Shown: positions 19,377-29,679 of the stretch, one piece after another
Layout of the letters: the number at the start of each line of letters is the position of its first letter
Position numbering within the stretch: the first letter of the stretch is position 1
Sequence record: OP870144.1
Reading direction: 5' to 3' (one strand)
Length of the DNA: 64,000 bases
Source: Escherichia phage vB_Eco_F25
The notes under the pieces: generated by a model
Told to the model about the DNA's origin: nothing
The model's input: only the letters and a program-made list of their open reading frames with translations
Databases searched by the model: none
Made by a program: the position numbers and the translations under genes

Positions 19377-20804
19377 CTAAAATTTTAATTCGTTTGCTAA
19401 AGCATCTAACTGGGCTCGAGTAGATTCATTTCTTTGATAGCGATTCTGCTCAGCTTGTATCTGTTGCGAACCTGCTACTTCGTTAACTTCAGTTGGAGTA
19501 GAATCTTGTTCAATTTCTACCCATTTCTGATTTCCTTTTTGAACACCCATCAAAAACTTATTCCATTTATTCTTATCACCATATCGTGATTTGATTTGCT
19601 TAATGAGTTGTTGTTCAGCAGCTGCTAACTCCTCGGTTTCAATGACCGCAAGCATAAAATCGGCTGTTGCTGGAAGACCGGCAGATTCTGCAATATCGCT
19701 CATGTTAACATCAGAAGAATCCCAAGCTTGCTTACCAACCTGTGCTGCAGTCCAAAGAACAGTTTCGGTTTCAACAGCCAGAGCACGCAATTCCTCTGCG
19801 ATAGCTTTAACAGTTGTGTAACTATTTTCTGAGTAAACTCTGATGCGGCAAGATTTACAAATACCTAGATAGTCGACAATAATGATCGTTGGAACAAAAT
19901 TCTTCTTGAGCTTCAATTCGTTTAAAAGCGATCGAAATGTATTAGCGTCTGCTCCACCAGTAGGATACTGTTTAACGATTAAACGGCCGAGAGTAGATTT
20001 CTCACGCCATTTTTCCATTTTTCCTTTATATTCAGCGTAAGAAATATGCCCATCATCAATGTCATCAAGAGAAACATCGAGCATATTAGCGTCAATACGT
20101 TTAGCACAGACTTCTTCTGCCATTTCCATGGAAATGTAAAGAACATTATGTCCGAGCTGCAAATAATCTGCTGCCAATGAACACAGACCTAATGACTTAC
20201 CAACGTTAACACCAGCCATTAAAACGTTCAGTGTTCCAGTTTCAGCTCCGCCTTTAGTAATTTTATTTAGAATTTTGAGTCTAAATGGAACCTTACGAGC
20301 TTTATTCATATAAGATAGCCAACGTGCTTCGTAGTCATCCATCCAATCATGGCCAACGTAGCTATCAAATGAAATTGATAATGCTTGGCGCATGATGTCA
20401 GGAATAGCACCTACATCTGGCATTTTCTTATTTCGTTTTTCTGGAGGAAGCTCAGCATTGGTTTGAATTTCAATTATTTTAGATGTGGCGTTAAACATCG
20501 CCCTTTGCTGAACATATTTTTCTGTTTCTTTTACTAACCAGCTATGGTCTTCCGGAGAATCGGTTAGTTTTGAAATAAGTGTTTTTACACCAGAATATTC
20601 TGTTTCAGTAAATGAACTATTTTCTAATGCAACATTTAACGCATTAATAGATGGAACGCTATGGTACTCATTAACATGAGATTTAATTAATTTGAATGTA
20701 TTTTTAGCTGGACCACTTTCAAAATATTCTGAATCCATATATGGCCAAACTTTTGAAAAATAAGCTTGATCAAATATGAGATGAGAAAGAATAATTTCTA
20801 CCAC
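19377..20804 (-). CDS. 41: Replicative DNA helicase (DnaB-like)
   Basis: 475 aa, same as T4 gp41; MVEIILSHLIFDQAYFSKVWPYMDSEYF N-terminus. Confidence 0.95.
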   Translation of the reverse strand: MVEIILSHLIFDQAYFSKVWPYMDSEYFESGPAKNTFKLIKSHVNEYHSVPSINALNVALENSSFTETEYSGVKTLISKLTDSPEDHSWLVKETEKYVQQRAMFNATSKIIEIQTNAELPPEKRNKKMPDVGAIPDIMRQALSISFDSYVGHDWMDDYEARWLSYMNKARKVPFRLKILNKITKGGAETGTLNVLMAGVNVGKSLGLCSLAADYLQLGHNVLYISMEMAEEVCAKRIDANMLDVSLDDIDDGHISYAEYKGKMEKWREKSTLGRLIVKQYPTGGADANTFRSLLNELKLKKNFVPTIIIVDYLGICKSCRIRVYSENSYTTVKAIAEELRALAVETETVLWTAAQVGKQAWDSSDVNMSDIAESAGLPATADFMLAVIETEELAAAEQQLIKQIKSRYGDKNKWNKFLMGVQKGNQKWVEIEQDSTPTEVNEVAGSQQIQAEQNRYQRNESTRAQLDALANELKF

Positions 20805-20813
20805 ACTTACTCC

Positions 20814-21170
20814 TTAAAAGAATTTAAATTTTTTCTTTGACCTTTTATTAAATGCATCTTGTAGTTGCATTGTAATACATTTTTCTACATGAGGAGCTAA
20901 CTCAGCTTTTCTTTCTTGGTCAAGAACAGCAAAGTCCATTACGACTTTTCCATCAACCCAATCTAATTTTGTCACATACACAATGTGTGTAGAACCATCT
21001 TCTAGTTTAATGATAATCTCCTGGATAACATTTTCCATGGCAGATTTAATTATCTTAAGAGATTCATTAAAAAGACGTTCTTTTCTTTCTTCTTCCCCCT
21101 CCGAAGAGGGGGATTCGTCGATAATTTCTAAATCTAAATCATCTTTATTCATTAAATTCTTCCATATCAC
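20814..21170 (-). CDS. 40: gp40-like head assembly protein
   Basis: 118 aa between 41 and uvsX as in T4. Confidence 0.55.
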   Translation of the reverse strand: MIWKNLMNKDDLDLEIIDESPSSEGEEERKERLFNESLKIIKSAMENVIQEIIIKLEDGSTHIVYVTKLDWVDGKVVMDFAVLDQERKAELAPHVEKCITMQLQDAFNKRSKKKFKFF

Positions 21171-22326
21171 TTAACTGATCTAGGTCAGTTTCTAAATCAG
21201 CTGCTGATTTACTTTTACTTTCTGGAGATTTAAATTTTTCAACCTTTGAGTTAATTAATTCATCAACTTCGGCTTCAACAATTTCATTACTATCAATAGC
21301 ACCTAATTGATAAGCGCGTTTAATAGCATCTCGGAATGGTTGATGCTTAAATAAAGGACCCCAGAATGTAGTGCAGTTGGTATCTTTTGCACGCCAAGAT
21401 TTTTCTTCGCGAATCATCTCGCCTGTTTCTTCGTCAAGAAATTCACGAGCATACCAGCCATTTTTAGGTTTTACTACAAATCCTAATTCAAGAGCCATAT
21501 CTAACAATCCAGAATAAGGATCGATACCACCGTCAAATTTAACATCAATAAAGAATTTACTTTTTTCTTTAACGGTACGAGATTTTTCTACATTTAGAAC
21601 AAATTGATACCCCTGAAGATCAGAACCATCTTTAATCTGGCGCTTACCGATAATGAATACAGTATCAGCCGAATACATTACGCCTGTACCACCTGTCATC
21701 ACGGTTTTACTAAACATTTCAATTGTTTCAATTGTATGGTTAACCGCAACGCATGGAATATTTTTAATACTAAAATAAGGAGTAACAATACGGAATAATG
21801 ACTTCAGCGATTTAGCACGAGTCATATCTGCCACAGATTTTTCATTCAAGGCATCTTCCGTTTCTTTCTTAGAAGCCATATTACCGATTGAGTCGATGAA
21901 TACAATAACCTTTTCACCACGCTCAATAGCTTCAAGCTGATTCACCATATCAATTTTCAGTTGTTCAACTGACTGAATTGGTGTATGAATTACTCGTTCC
22001 GGGTCAACTCCCATGGATCGCAAATAAGCTGGAGTGATACCAAATTCGCTATCATAAAATAGACAAACTGCATCAGGATATTTGTTCAAATACGCCGCAA
22101 CCATAGTCAAAGACATATTTGATTTAAAGTGTTTAGAAGGACCTGCAAAAATGGTTAAACCAGACTGCATACCACCATCAATCGCACCGGAAATAGCAAT
22201 ATTAAGCATTGGGATTTTTGTACGGATTACATCCTTTTCATTAAAGAATTTAGATGTAGTCAGTTCAGCAGTCATTTTAGAAGTGGAAGCTTTAATCAAA
22301 CGGGATTTTAAATCTGCAATAGACAT
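21145..22326 (-). CDS. uvsX: UvsX recombinase (RecA-like)
   Basis: 393 aa; conserved position and length. Confidence 0.93.
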   Translation of the reverse strand: MSIADLKSRLIKASTSKMTAELTTSKFFNEKDVIRTKIPMLNIAISGAIDGGMQSGLTIFAGPSKHFKSNMSLTMVAAYLNKYPDAVCLFYDSEFGITPAYLRSMGVDPERVIHTPIQSVEQLKIDMVNQLEAIERGEKVIVFIDSIGNMASKKETEDALNEKSVADMTRAKSLKSLFRIVTPYFSIKNIPCVAVNHTIETIEMFSKTVMTGGTGVMYSADTVFIIGKRQIKDGSDLQGYQFVLNVEKSRTVKEKSKFFIDVKFDGGIDPYSGLLDMALELGFVVKPKNGWYAREFLDEETGEMIREEKSWRAKDTNCTTFWGPLFKHQPFRDAIKRAYQLGAIDSNEIVEAEVDELINSKVEKFKSPESKSKSAADLETDLDQLSDMEEFNE

Positions 22327-22403
22327 TCATTTTTTCCATAGGCATCATTATATTTTCCTCACCGGTTAAAGATAGAGTAATTATAACACAATAAATTTAG
22401 GCA

Positions 22404-23252
22404 TTAATCAACTACTATTGGATGAATAGCATTAAACTTATGAAACGCTTCTGATTTTTCTTTGCGCGAAACACACATGCGAAGAACCTTTAATGGCTCA
22501 TCTTCTTCACCCAACGATTTTCTCTTTTCAATATTCGATGTTTTCCAACGAGCTTGCTCTGGAAATTCTCTATTGATTTGCTCAAGCGCTCTATTATGTT
22601 TAGAATTGCTACGAATTGAACTACATCCACCGGGGGCTTGTGCTTTTCCGGATACAACCAGATATTTGAACAAGGCCAAATGCGGATAACCTTGATTAAT
22701 TAAATTGAGAAATGCATACATATCTTCGCATAAATCAATTTTTCCATACCCAATTTGTTCTGTTGTAAGTTTTCCAAGGTCATACCATGTATTCGTGAAT
22801 CCATATGAATTTTCACGATAATTACCCCAAGATGAAGTAATTTTAAAAATAGGTAGACGAGCATGGCCATGATAATACCCGCAATCCATGGCATCTTCAA
22901 CGTATTGAATCAATTCATAGAACTGTTCACGAGTTAATTGATTAATTTTATCTACGCAGCGACGATCATCTTTCTTTCGCATTGAACTCATACGAATAGT
23001 AGTATCATCATCGATCATCCAAATTCGTTGACCTGCATACATATCAGTAATTGCTTTACGAGTTCCAGCAATTCCATTTACATCATCGGGAATAACTACA
23101 ATTTTAGCTCTAGACCCGTAAGCGTCATAATAAGCTTTTTCTTCGTGTTCACGTACTACAATATGAGGTTCATAATCAGTCGGAAACATATCAAGGGCAG
23201 AAACTGCCCCTACGCGTTGATAGCTTGGAATTACGAATTGAATCATTTCCAC
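22404..23252 (-). CDS. DXD-motif glycosyltransferase in the beta-gt slot (candidate beta-glucosyl-HMC alpha-glucosyltransferase of T2/T6 type)
   Basis: 282 aa; WMIDDD motif; occupies the uvsX-42 interval but is unlike T4 beta-gt (351 aa). Confidence 0.55.
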   Translation of the reverse strand: MEMIQFVIPSYQRVGAVSALDMFPTDYEPHIVVREHEEKAYYDAYGSRAKIVVIPDDVNGIAGTRKAITDMYAGQRIWMIDDDTTIRMSSMRKKDDRRCVDKINQLTREQFYELIQYVEDAMDCGYYHGHARLPIFKITSSWGNYRENSYGFTNTWYDLGKLTTEQIGYGKIDLCEDMYAFLNLINQGYPHLALFKYLVVSGKAQAPGGCSSIRSNSKHNRALEQINREFPEQARWKTSNIEKRKSLGEEDEPLKVLRMCVSRKEKSEAFHKFNAIHPIVVD

Positions 23253-23983
23253 TCACCGTTATAATCTTTTTTCGCAATATGAGTTTCGCCAGTTTTCCAC
23301 CAATGGTCAACCAAATAAAAATGACGAGAATACACATGAAGGCTTCCAACATTCCATATAATGGAACCTGCTTTATACTGACGAGTTGAATCACCTGCAT
23401 TCAAATCAGATACTAATTTATCTAGTACGTATTTTTGCCATGCATAATCATTACGGAATCCAAAGACCACGTCATTTGAACGCATGCTTACTACTGCATT
23501 GACTTTCTTATCACGAATCAGGTACTGTACTGTATTCGTACACATGAAATCTGACATACCATCTTTGTTGTAGTCAAACTGCATGGATGGACGAGTATAA
23601 ATCATGATACCGCGGCGAGAATCAGGATTTTGACCAAGTTCAGCTAAACACATATCATACTGGGCATAGTTATCTTCTGACCAGATAGCCCAACCATAAT
23701 TCGAGTTAATTTCACCTTTAGAAGATGCTACCTGTTGCCAAATCTTTGGCGTTTCGCCTGGAATATCTTTAACAAACAAACTTTTAGATTTATACCATTC
23801 AAGTTCACGTTGAATGTATTCATCATTAAGAGCACCAAAAATAAAAGGTTCATCTGCTACAAATGATGCGCCAATAATTTCAATAGTTTTAACACCAGTT
23901 TTATCAACTACGAAATCTTTTTCCTTTAATGCAATTCCCAAATGAAGACGGGTTTCTTCAACTGTCATAGAGTCATTAATCAT
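23243..23983 (-). CDS. 42: dCMP hydroxymethylase
   Basis: 246 aa (same as T4 gp42); thymidylate-synthase-like; MINDSMTVEETRLHLG N-terminus. Confidence 0.93.
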   Translation of the reverse strand: MINDSMTVEETRLHLGIALKEKDFVVDKTGVKTIEIIGASFVADEPFIFGALNDEYIQRELEWYKSKSLFVKDIPGETPKIWQQVASSKGEINSNYGWAIWSEDNYAQYDMCLAELGQNPDSRRGIMIYTRPSMQFDYNKDGMSDFMCTNTVQYLIRDKKVNAVVSMRSNDVVFGFRNDYAWQKYVLDKLVSDLNAGDSTRQYKAGSIIWNVGSLHVYSRHFYLVDHWWKTGETHIAKKDYNGEWK

Positions 23984-23990
23984 TTAAACC

Positions 23991-24140
23991 TCAATTGATA
24001 CATTCATATTTAACTTGTAACAGTAATAAGCTCCAGCCTAAAATAATAGTTGGAATCATACAAGGAACTGCTACGCTATAGTATATACTTATTATAATCA
24101 TCAAGATTAAAAGCAATACTGCTAAAATTTTGCTTTTCAT
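23991..24140 (-). CDS. imm.1-like small membrane protein (49 aa)
   Basis: Hand-translated hydrophobic ORF; ATG overlaps imm stop (ATGA); below ORF-track cut-off. Confidence 0.45.
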   Translation of the reverse strand: MKSKILAVLLLILMIIISIYYSVAVPCMIPTIILGWSLLLLQVKYECIN

Positions 24141-24388
24141 TCCTTCTCTCTGATGATAATTACTTGATTTTGCTGTACAGATTTTTTAGTTTCACCCGCA
24201 ATTGACCAAATAAATGTAATAAACCAACCAATGATTGACCAGTTAAACAGTAAAGATGTGAAAAAGATTCCTACTGTCGATTTTGACCCACGCATCAAGG
24301 CGATGAACCACGGAAGCATGTATATAATAATAGCCAACACACCTGAAACTAAAACCATAAAAATTGAACCTGCTACTAAAGTTTCCAT
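24137..24388 (-). CDS. imm: Immunity protein Imm (superinfection exclusion)
   Basis: 83-aa membrane protein immediately upstream of gene 42, as in T4. Confidence 0.85.
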   Translation of the reverse strand: METLVAGSIFMVLVSGVLAIIIYMLPWFIALMRGSKSTVGIFFTSLLFNWSIIGWFITFIWSIAGETKKSVQQNQVIIIREKE

Positions 24389-24395
24389 GTTTTCC

Positions 24396-24776
24396 TCACT
24401 TAGTCAAATTTTTTACACATGAATTATAAGAATTCACTACATACTCCATCGGAGCATTTTTACCAGTACGCCATTGGTAATTATTAGCCCAATTAGCCCA
24501 AATTTCGGCGCAGTAGTTTTCAATTTTTTCTTCGCGTGTAATTACATCAGAATTACGATATGCTTGAGCAGATTCATCTGGACGAATAGCTTCGTCAAAA
24601 TTCGCCTGCATTTGTTCTACTGTTTGCTTTGGAGCTTCTTTATAACACTTGACATTAGGATTATAAAATTTGCTTGAACAGTTTACAATTTTTCCTACAT
24701 CAGATTGATTTACTACCGGTCCTTGAGCTACACAACCAGTAAGACCCAATGCAATAACCAAAATAGCGATTTTCAT
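24396..24776 (-). CDS. Putative lipoprotein
   Basis: ATG at 24774-24776 with GGAG Shine-Dalgarno; MKIAILVIALGLTGC lipobox; track ORF extends upstream. Confidence 0.6.
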   Translation of the reverse strand: MKIAILVIALGLTGCVAQGPVVNQSDVGKIVNCSSKFYNPNVKCYKEAPKQTVEQMQANFDEAIRPDESAQAYRNSDVITREEKIENYCAEIWANWANNYQWRTGKNAPMEYVVNSYNSCVKNLTK

Positions 24777-24810
24777 TTCATTCTCCAAATCCGCATCAGT
24801 TGATAGTTGT

Positions 24811-24840
24811 ATAGTACCACGGAAGAACAGAGATGTAAAC
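24811..24840 (-). promoter_or_regulatory. T4-type early promoter (-10 TACTAT)
   Basis: GTTTAC(24840-24835), 18-nt spacer, TACTAT(24816-24811). Confidence 0.5.
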
Positions 24841-24923
24841 AGTTTTGTGAAAAAACTTTTAATGAATTCCAGAGGTCCAGAATCATCTATTTTTCCTAAG
24901 TATAGATTTATATTACTTGTATG

Positions 24924-24944
24924 AAAAAGGGACCCGGAGGTCCC
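24924..24944 (-). terminator. Terminator hairpin after gene 43
   Basis: Minus-strand GGGACC-UCCG-GGUCCC followed by UUUUU. Confidence 0.65.
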
Positions 24945-24957
24945 TAGATTTATTCTA

Positions 24958-27654
24958 TCAGCCAAACAGGAAGTCTAACGAAGCTTTTTCTTCATAGTCC
25001 ATACCCGCCGATTCACACATACCCGCAAGCGGTTTAACAAACGATTTTTGGAACAAAGTTGAGTAGTCAATCCAAGACAGTACATCAGAACGAATTTCTT
25101 TTGGAAGTTCCGTACCCGATGGCCAAGCAATACACTTGTCACCAAATGGATTTCCCTCACGTAATGGAAGAACCATTACTTTATTTCCATCCAAAATTGG
25201 AGCTACACCTAAACCGCTAACAGCTCGACGATAAGTTAGCACCCCACGAATGTGGAACGGGCATTTAAATCCTGGCCAACCTTTATCGTCATATTTCGCT
25301 ATATCGTTTGCGGTTTTTACTTCAGCAATAACTTTATAGTCAAGTTGACGATATTCTTTCTCAAAGTTCTTATAGTATTCTTGGACAGACTCTTCGCCTT
25401 CCTGAAGAATGCGACGAATACTTTCTTCGAGAGCTTCTTGTACTGCTTTTGGTGTTGAACTCTGCTGAGTTTCCATACCCATGATTTTTAGATGTGGTTC
25501 AGCAAATCGCTTATCTTCCATATCATAAACGTTTAGAGCATAACGTTTTTTCGCTTTCCAAAATCCACCAACACCCTTTGAACCAAGCGGAGGACAAGAA
25601 ATAGCTTCACGGTCCATATGCATCAGATGCTCGCGGTTATTCATATAATCACATAACTCACGATATGCAACATCAATCATAGGTTCCATCTTTTTCTTAC
25701 CGAACTGATTCATGAATTCAACTAAATCATTTTGTTCTTTAAAGCGGTCAAGACCTACTTTTTCAATTACTTTATCTACACAAACATATACCGAATCAGT
25801 ATCACCTGCTGCGATGAAATCTTCACCATCAGTTCCACATACTTTATTCAGATATTCATTAATTTTACGAGCAATCCACTGAATACCAACTTGACCAAAA
25901 ATTGTGATAGCAGTAGCATTTCGCAAATCATAATAGCGGAAATGAATATTGCCAAGAGCACCATAAAGACTGTTAATAAGAATTTTACGGTTCAGCTGAT
26001 TTGTGTTAGCAAGTGTAGCTGCTTTTTCACATTCTTCGATCAGACTATTAAGAACAGATTCGGTGTAATTCGATAATTCATTTAAGAAATCATCATTGAA
26101 CTTAACATATCGTTCAACTTCTGGTTTAGTTGAACAAGACCCTGCACCTTTCATAATAATCTTTTTAATAGCTTCGGCATTCATTTCTTCAGCGAACATT
26201 TTCTTTTTCCAATCTTTACGCTGGAAAAATACTTTAGCGATTTCCTTTGGAATGATACCTTCTTGATGCTTATCATACATCCATCCATTCGGAGAACATG
26301 AATACTCATCACTTGGCTTAGGAGCTGTTCCTGCGATATATTCATGAATTGGATGAACTTTGAACTGTCCGCGAATAGTCTCAGGACTAATGTTAACCTG
26401 ACGAATAATACTTGGATACAGAGACGTCAAGTCAAAACTCATAATGTATCGACGGGCAATCGCTTTAGGTTCAAACACAAATGCACCTGGAAAACTTTGT
26501 TTAACGTGCGAACCTTGTTGAGGAATAACCTTATGTTCACCTTTCAATGAGTTAAAAATAATAGCATCCCAAGTTTTAATAGGACTCATTACACCAGAAA
26601 AAGGCATTTTAGCATAATAAGACATACTTAAAACTAGATCGATAAACCCACGAATTTTATCAATTGCTTGAACTGATTCTACGTCAATAATATTATAACT
26701 AATGTATCGTTGATGATTAGTCTCACGAAGTTTATTAATAGGACCATCATATGGTAATTTACCTTTTTTGGTTTCATGTTGAGCAACTGATTCCAAAGAG
26801 AATGATGGCAAATTAGTAAATGCGAATTTCTTGTACAAATCTAAATAATCAAGAATAGATACGCCATCAATAGAATAAATTTCTTTGCTACCGTACATAT
26901 TTTGAATTAGTTTAGATTTTACTCGACTGATTGGAGAGAAGCGTTTCATACTACGTTCACCGAGAACCATTTTAACACGATTCATGATATACGGAACGTC
27001 AAATCCCTCAATATTCCAACCGGTAAAAATAGCAGGTCGTTTCTGTTCCCAGAGATTAATATATTCCATGAGCATATCACGCTCATTATCAAATGGCATA
27101 TAAATTACTCGGTCAAGAATTTCTTGAGGAACTTCATCACCACCTTCACAGTCAAGCTTAGCAGCTAACTTTGCATCCCATTTTGATACTGAACCGTACA
27201 TTGAATTCAACAAATCAAAGACGTAAAAACGGTCGTCAATTGAATCATAATGAGTGATAGCATCAATTTCATATTCTGCTTTCATTGGGTCAGGAAATTT
27301 ATCGCCAGTAACCTCAATGTCACAGTTAGCTACACGAACAAATTTTCGGTCATAAACAATTTCTGAACCATATGTATCACTGATATAAGCGAGTTTAAAA
27401 TCGTTCATACCGAGAGCTTCGAGACCGATGTCTTCCATTCGTTTCATCCAATCTCGGGCATCTTTCATTGATGGAAATTTTTGAGGAGCGCAGTTTTTAC
27501 CGTAAATGTCTTTGTATTTTGATTCTTCCTTACAATGTCTAAACATAGTCGGAAGATATTCTACTTCACGAGTACGTTCCTTTCCATTTTCATCAATATA
27601 ACGTTCAACAATATTATTTCCGACTGTTTCGATAGAGATATAAAATTCTTTCAT
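24958..27654 (-). CDS. 43: DNA polymerase (family B)
   Basis: 898 aa, same as T4 gp43; MKEFYISIETVGNNIVERYIDENGKERTREVEY N-terminus. Confidence 0.97.
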   Translation of the reverse strand: MKEFYISIETVGNNIVERYIDENGKERTREVEYLPTMFRHCKEESKYKDIYGKNCAPQKFPSMKDARDWMKRMEDIGLEALGMNDFKLAYISDTYGSEIVYDRKFVRVANCDIEVTGDKFPDPMKAEYEIDAITHYDSIDDRFYVFDLLNSMYGSVSKWDAKLAAKLDCEGGDEVPQEILDRVIYMPFDNERDMLMEYINLWEQKRPAIFTGWNIEGFDVPYIMNRVKMVLGERSMKRFSPISRVKSKLIQNMYGSKEIYSIDGVSILDYLDLYKKFAFTNLPSFSLESVAQHETKKGKLPYDGPINKLRETNHQRYISYNIIDVESVQAIDKIRGFIDLVLSMSYYAKMPFSGVMSPIKTWDAIIFNSLKGEHKVIPQQGSHVKQSFPGAFVFEPKAIARRYIMSFDLTSLYPSIIRQVNISPETIRGQFKVHPIHEYIAGTAPKPSDEYSCSPNGWMYDKHQEGIIPKEIAKVFFQRKDWKKKMFAEEMNAEAIKKIIMKGAGSCSTKPEVERYVKFNDDFLNELSNYTESVLNSLIEECEKAATLANTNQLNRKILINSLYGALGNIHFRYYDLRNATAITIFGQVGIQWIARKINEYLNKVCGTDGEDFIAAGDTDSVYVCVDKVIEKVGLDRFKEQNDLVEFMNQFGKKKMEPMIDVAYRELCDYMNNREHLMHMDREAISCPPLGSKGVGGFWKAKKRYALNVYDMEDKRFAEPHLKIMGMETQQSSTPKAVQEALEESIRRILQEGEESVQEYYKNFEKEYRQLDYKVIAEVKTANDIAKYDDKGWPGFKCPFHIRGVLTYRRAVSGLGVAPILDGNKVMVLPLREGNPFGDKCIAWPSGTELPKEIRSDVLSWIDYSTLFQKSFVKPLAGMCESAGMDYEEKASLDFLFG

Positions 27655-27712
27655 AGATATTCCTTAGTTTATAGCCCGAGTTATTAGGCTCTTGATATAT
27701 TATACTCCAAAT

Positions 27713-27730
27713 AAGGGGCCGAAGCCCCCT
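27713..27730 (-). terminator. UUCG-tetraloop hairpin downstream of regA
   Basis: AAGGGGC-UUCG-GCCCCUU on the minus strand. Confidence 0.5.
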
Positions 27731-27733
27731 TGC

Positions 27734-28102
27734 TTAATTACCAATCGTATATTTAGGAACGAGTTTCCATTCATGTTTTTGCTTAAAAGAAATAACTCGG
27801 AAGTTATTAGTTAAATCTTTCATAAAAGTTCTTTGACCAGGAACGATTTCAATCAGTCCCCAATCTTCTAACAGCCATGCAATCGAATCACGACGAACTT
27901 CATCTTCTTCTGTCATTTCAACCTGGCGACCATCCATACGAAGCATTTCTTTAAAATGAACGATATAGTATAGTCCTTTTTTCTGGAGAATATGACAGGA
28001 TTGATACAGAACTTTATCTTTATTATTAGCAATTCCCATACGAGTCAGAGTTTCTTTAACTTTCAGAAAATCTTCAGGTTTTTTAAGAGTAATTTCAATC
28101 AT
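27734..28102 (-). CDS. regA: Translational repressor RegA
   Basis: 122 aa, same as T4 RegA; position between 62 and 43. Confidence 0.9.
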   Translation of the reverse strand: MIEITLKKPEDFLKVKETLTRMGIANNKDKVLYQSCHILQKKGLYYIVHFKEMLRMDGRQVEMTEEDEVRRDSIAWLLEDWGLIEIVPGQRTFMKDLTNNFRVISFKQKHEWKLVPKYTIGN

Positions 28103-28103
28103 T

Positions 28104-28667
28104 TTACCATTCCAATGCTAGTTTTTTGAGTTGTTTCTGTTCTTTTACGTTCTTAGTCACTTCTTTCAAAAAATCATCCGTGACTAAACCTTTTAGTTCC
28201 TTTAATACTAAAGGAAGTTTTCCATTTTTAGTAAGAATTGATTTATAGTTAATTGCATCATTTGTATTAACTTGATACCGCTTAGCAAGTAACTTAATAA
28301 TCAATACTTCAGTAGAATCTTCGACCAGTTTTGCCCATTTACCATATCTTTTACCACGAGGAACAGCAGCCATCAGATAATTAAAATGGGCTTCATCGCT
28401 TAAACCTGATCCAATTAAATTCATAGCATATACAGCTGGCATGCACTCCGGAAATTGTGATAATGCATTCTCAACCATGTATTTTGAATAATCTTTTTGA
28501 GCAATAGAGCATTTAGTTTTATTATTGATAGCCCCAATTATTTCAAAAAATTCATTTTCAGCTTTTTCTTTAAAAGAATCAGCAGCAGATTGGACAGCTG
28601 TCCAATCTTTTGAATACCAAGCAACTTGATGCTCGTTTAATTGAATATCATCTTCAAATAAGCTCAT
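28104..28667 (-). CDS. 62: Clamp loader small subunit
   Basis: 187 aa, same as T4 gp62. Confidence 0.9.
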   Translation of the reverse strand: MSLFEDDIQLNEHQVAWYSKDWTAVQSAADSFKEKAENEFFEIIGAINNKTKCSIAQKDYSKYMVENALSQFPECMPAVYAMNLIGSGLSDEAHFNYLMAAVPRGKRYGKWAKLVEDSTEVLIIKLLAKRYQVNTNDAINYKSILTKNGKLPLVLKELKGLVTDDFLKEVTKNVKEQKQLKKLALEW

Positions 28668-28668
28668 A

Positions 28669-29643
28669 TCACTTCCACTGCATTTCGCATGCCAATTGAA
28701 TGAAAAGATATGCTAAATGTAACTCAGTATTAGCCGCAATTCCATGATACTGATTATTTTCACCAACAATTTCATACATACGAATAATACTTTGCGGAGT
28801 TACACGTGAATAAATTTCTTCGGCAAGTTTACCTACGAACCACGAATAATCAGCTGCATATTTTGGTGCTAAAGCTCTGAGCTGTTTAACATCTTTATTT
28901 TTGAGAGATTCAAGAACATCATCAATAGCACCACGATCGTTAGTAACCAGTGATAAAATACCAGCATCCAAAACACATTTAGATGAATAACTATCGAGCT
29001 CGCCAATAGTTTTACGAAAATCAGGAAAATTCTTTTTAACCAAAGCTGCTACAACTTTCATATCAGCTATAGCAATTCCTTCACGCTTGCAGATTTCAGT
29101 CAATCGACGAATCATCTGCTTCATCATTTCAATTTTATCTTCATCGGTTGGTTGACCGAACGTAATAACTCGGCAGCGTGACTGAAGCGGTTTAATAATA
29201 CCATCAATATTGTTAGCAGTAATAATAATACTACAGTTTGAACTATAAGCTTCCATAAAGGAACGAAGATGTCGCTGAGACTCTGCTAACCCTGAACGGT
29301 CAAATTCATCAATGACGATTACTTTTTGACGACCATCAAATGAAGCTGCACTAGCAAAATTGGTCAAAGGACCGCGAACGAAATCAATTTTACAATCTGA
29401 CCCATTCACAAACATCATATCAGCATTTACGTCATGACACAATGCTTTTGCTACGGTTGTTTTACCTGTTCCTGGAGAAGGAGAATGAAGAATAATATGT
29501 GGAATCTTACCTTTACTTGTAATAGATTTAAAGGTTTCTTTATCAAAGGCGGGAAGAATACATTCATCGATAGTAGATGGACGATATTTCTGTTCAAGAA
29601 TGTGTTCTTTTTCATTTACAGTAATCATAATTTCCTCATTCAA
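28669..29643 (-). CDS. 44: Clamp loader ATPase subunit (AAA+)
   Basis: 324 aa; [10 protein letters not shown] Walker A. Confidence 0.93.
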   Translation of the reverse strand: MNEEIMITVNEKEHILEQKYRPSTIDECILPAFDKETFKSITSKGKIPHIILHSPSPGTGKTTVAKALCHDVNADMMFVNGSDCKIDFVRGPLTNFASAASFDGRQKVIVIDEFDRSGLAESQRHLRSFMEAYSSNCSIIITANNIDGIIKPLQSRCRVITFGQPTDEDKIEMMKQMIRRLTEICKREGIAIADMKVVAALVKKNFPDFRKTIGELDSYSSKCVLDAGILSLVTNDRGAIDDVLESLKNKDVKQLRALAPKYAADYSWFVGKLAEEIYSRVTPQSIIRMYEIVGENNQYHGIAANTELHLAYLFIQLACEMQWK

Positions 29644-29660
29644 GTTTTAGTGTAAATTAT

Positions 29661-29678
29661 AAAGGGCCGAAGCCCTTT
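29661..29678 (-). terminator. UUCG-tetraloop hairpin between genes 45 and 44
   Basis: AAAGGGC-UUCG-GCCCUUU; the 22-mer at 29660-29681 is identical to 34370-34391. Confidence 0.5.
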
Positions 29679-29679
29679 A

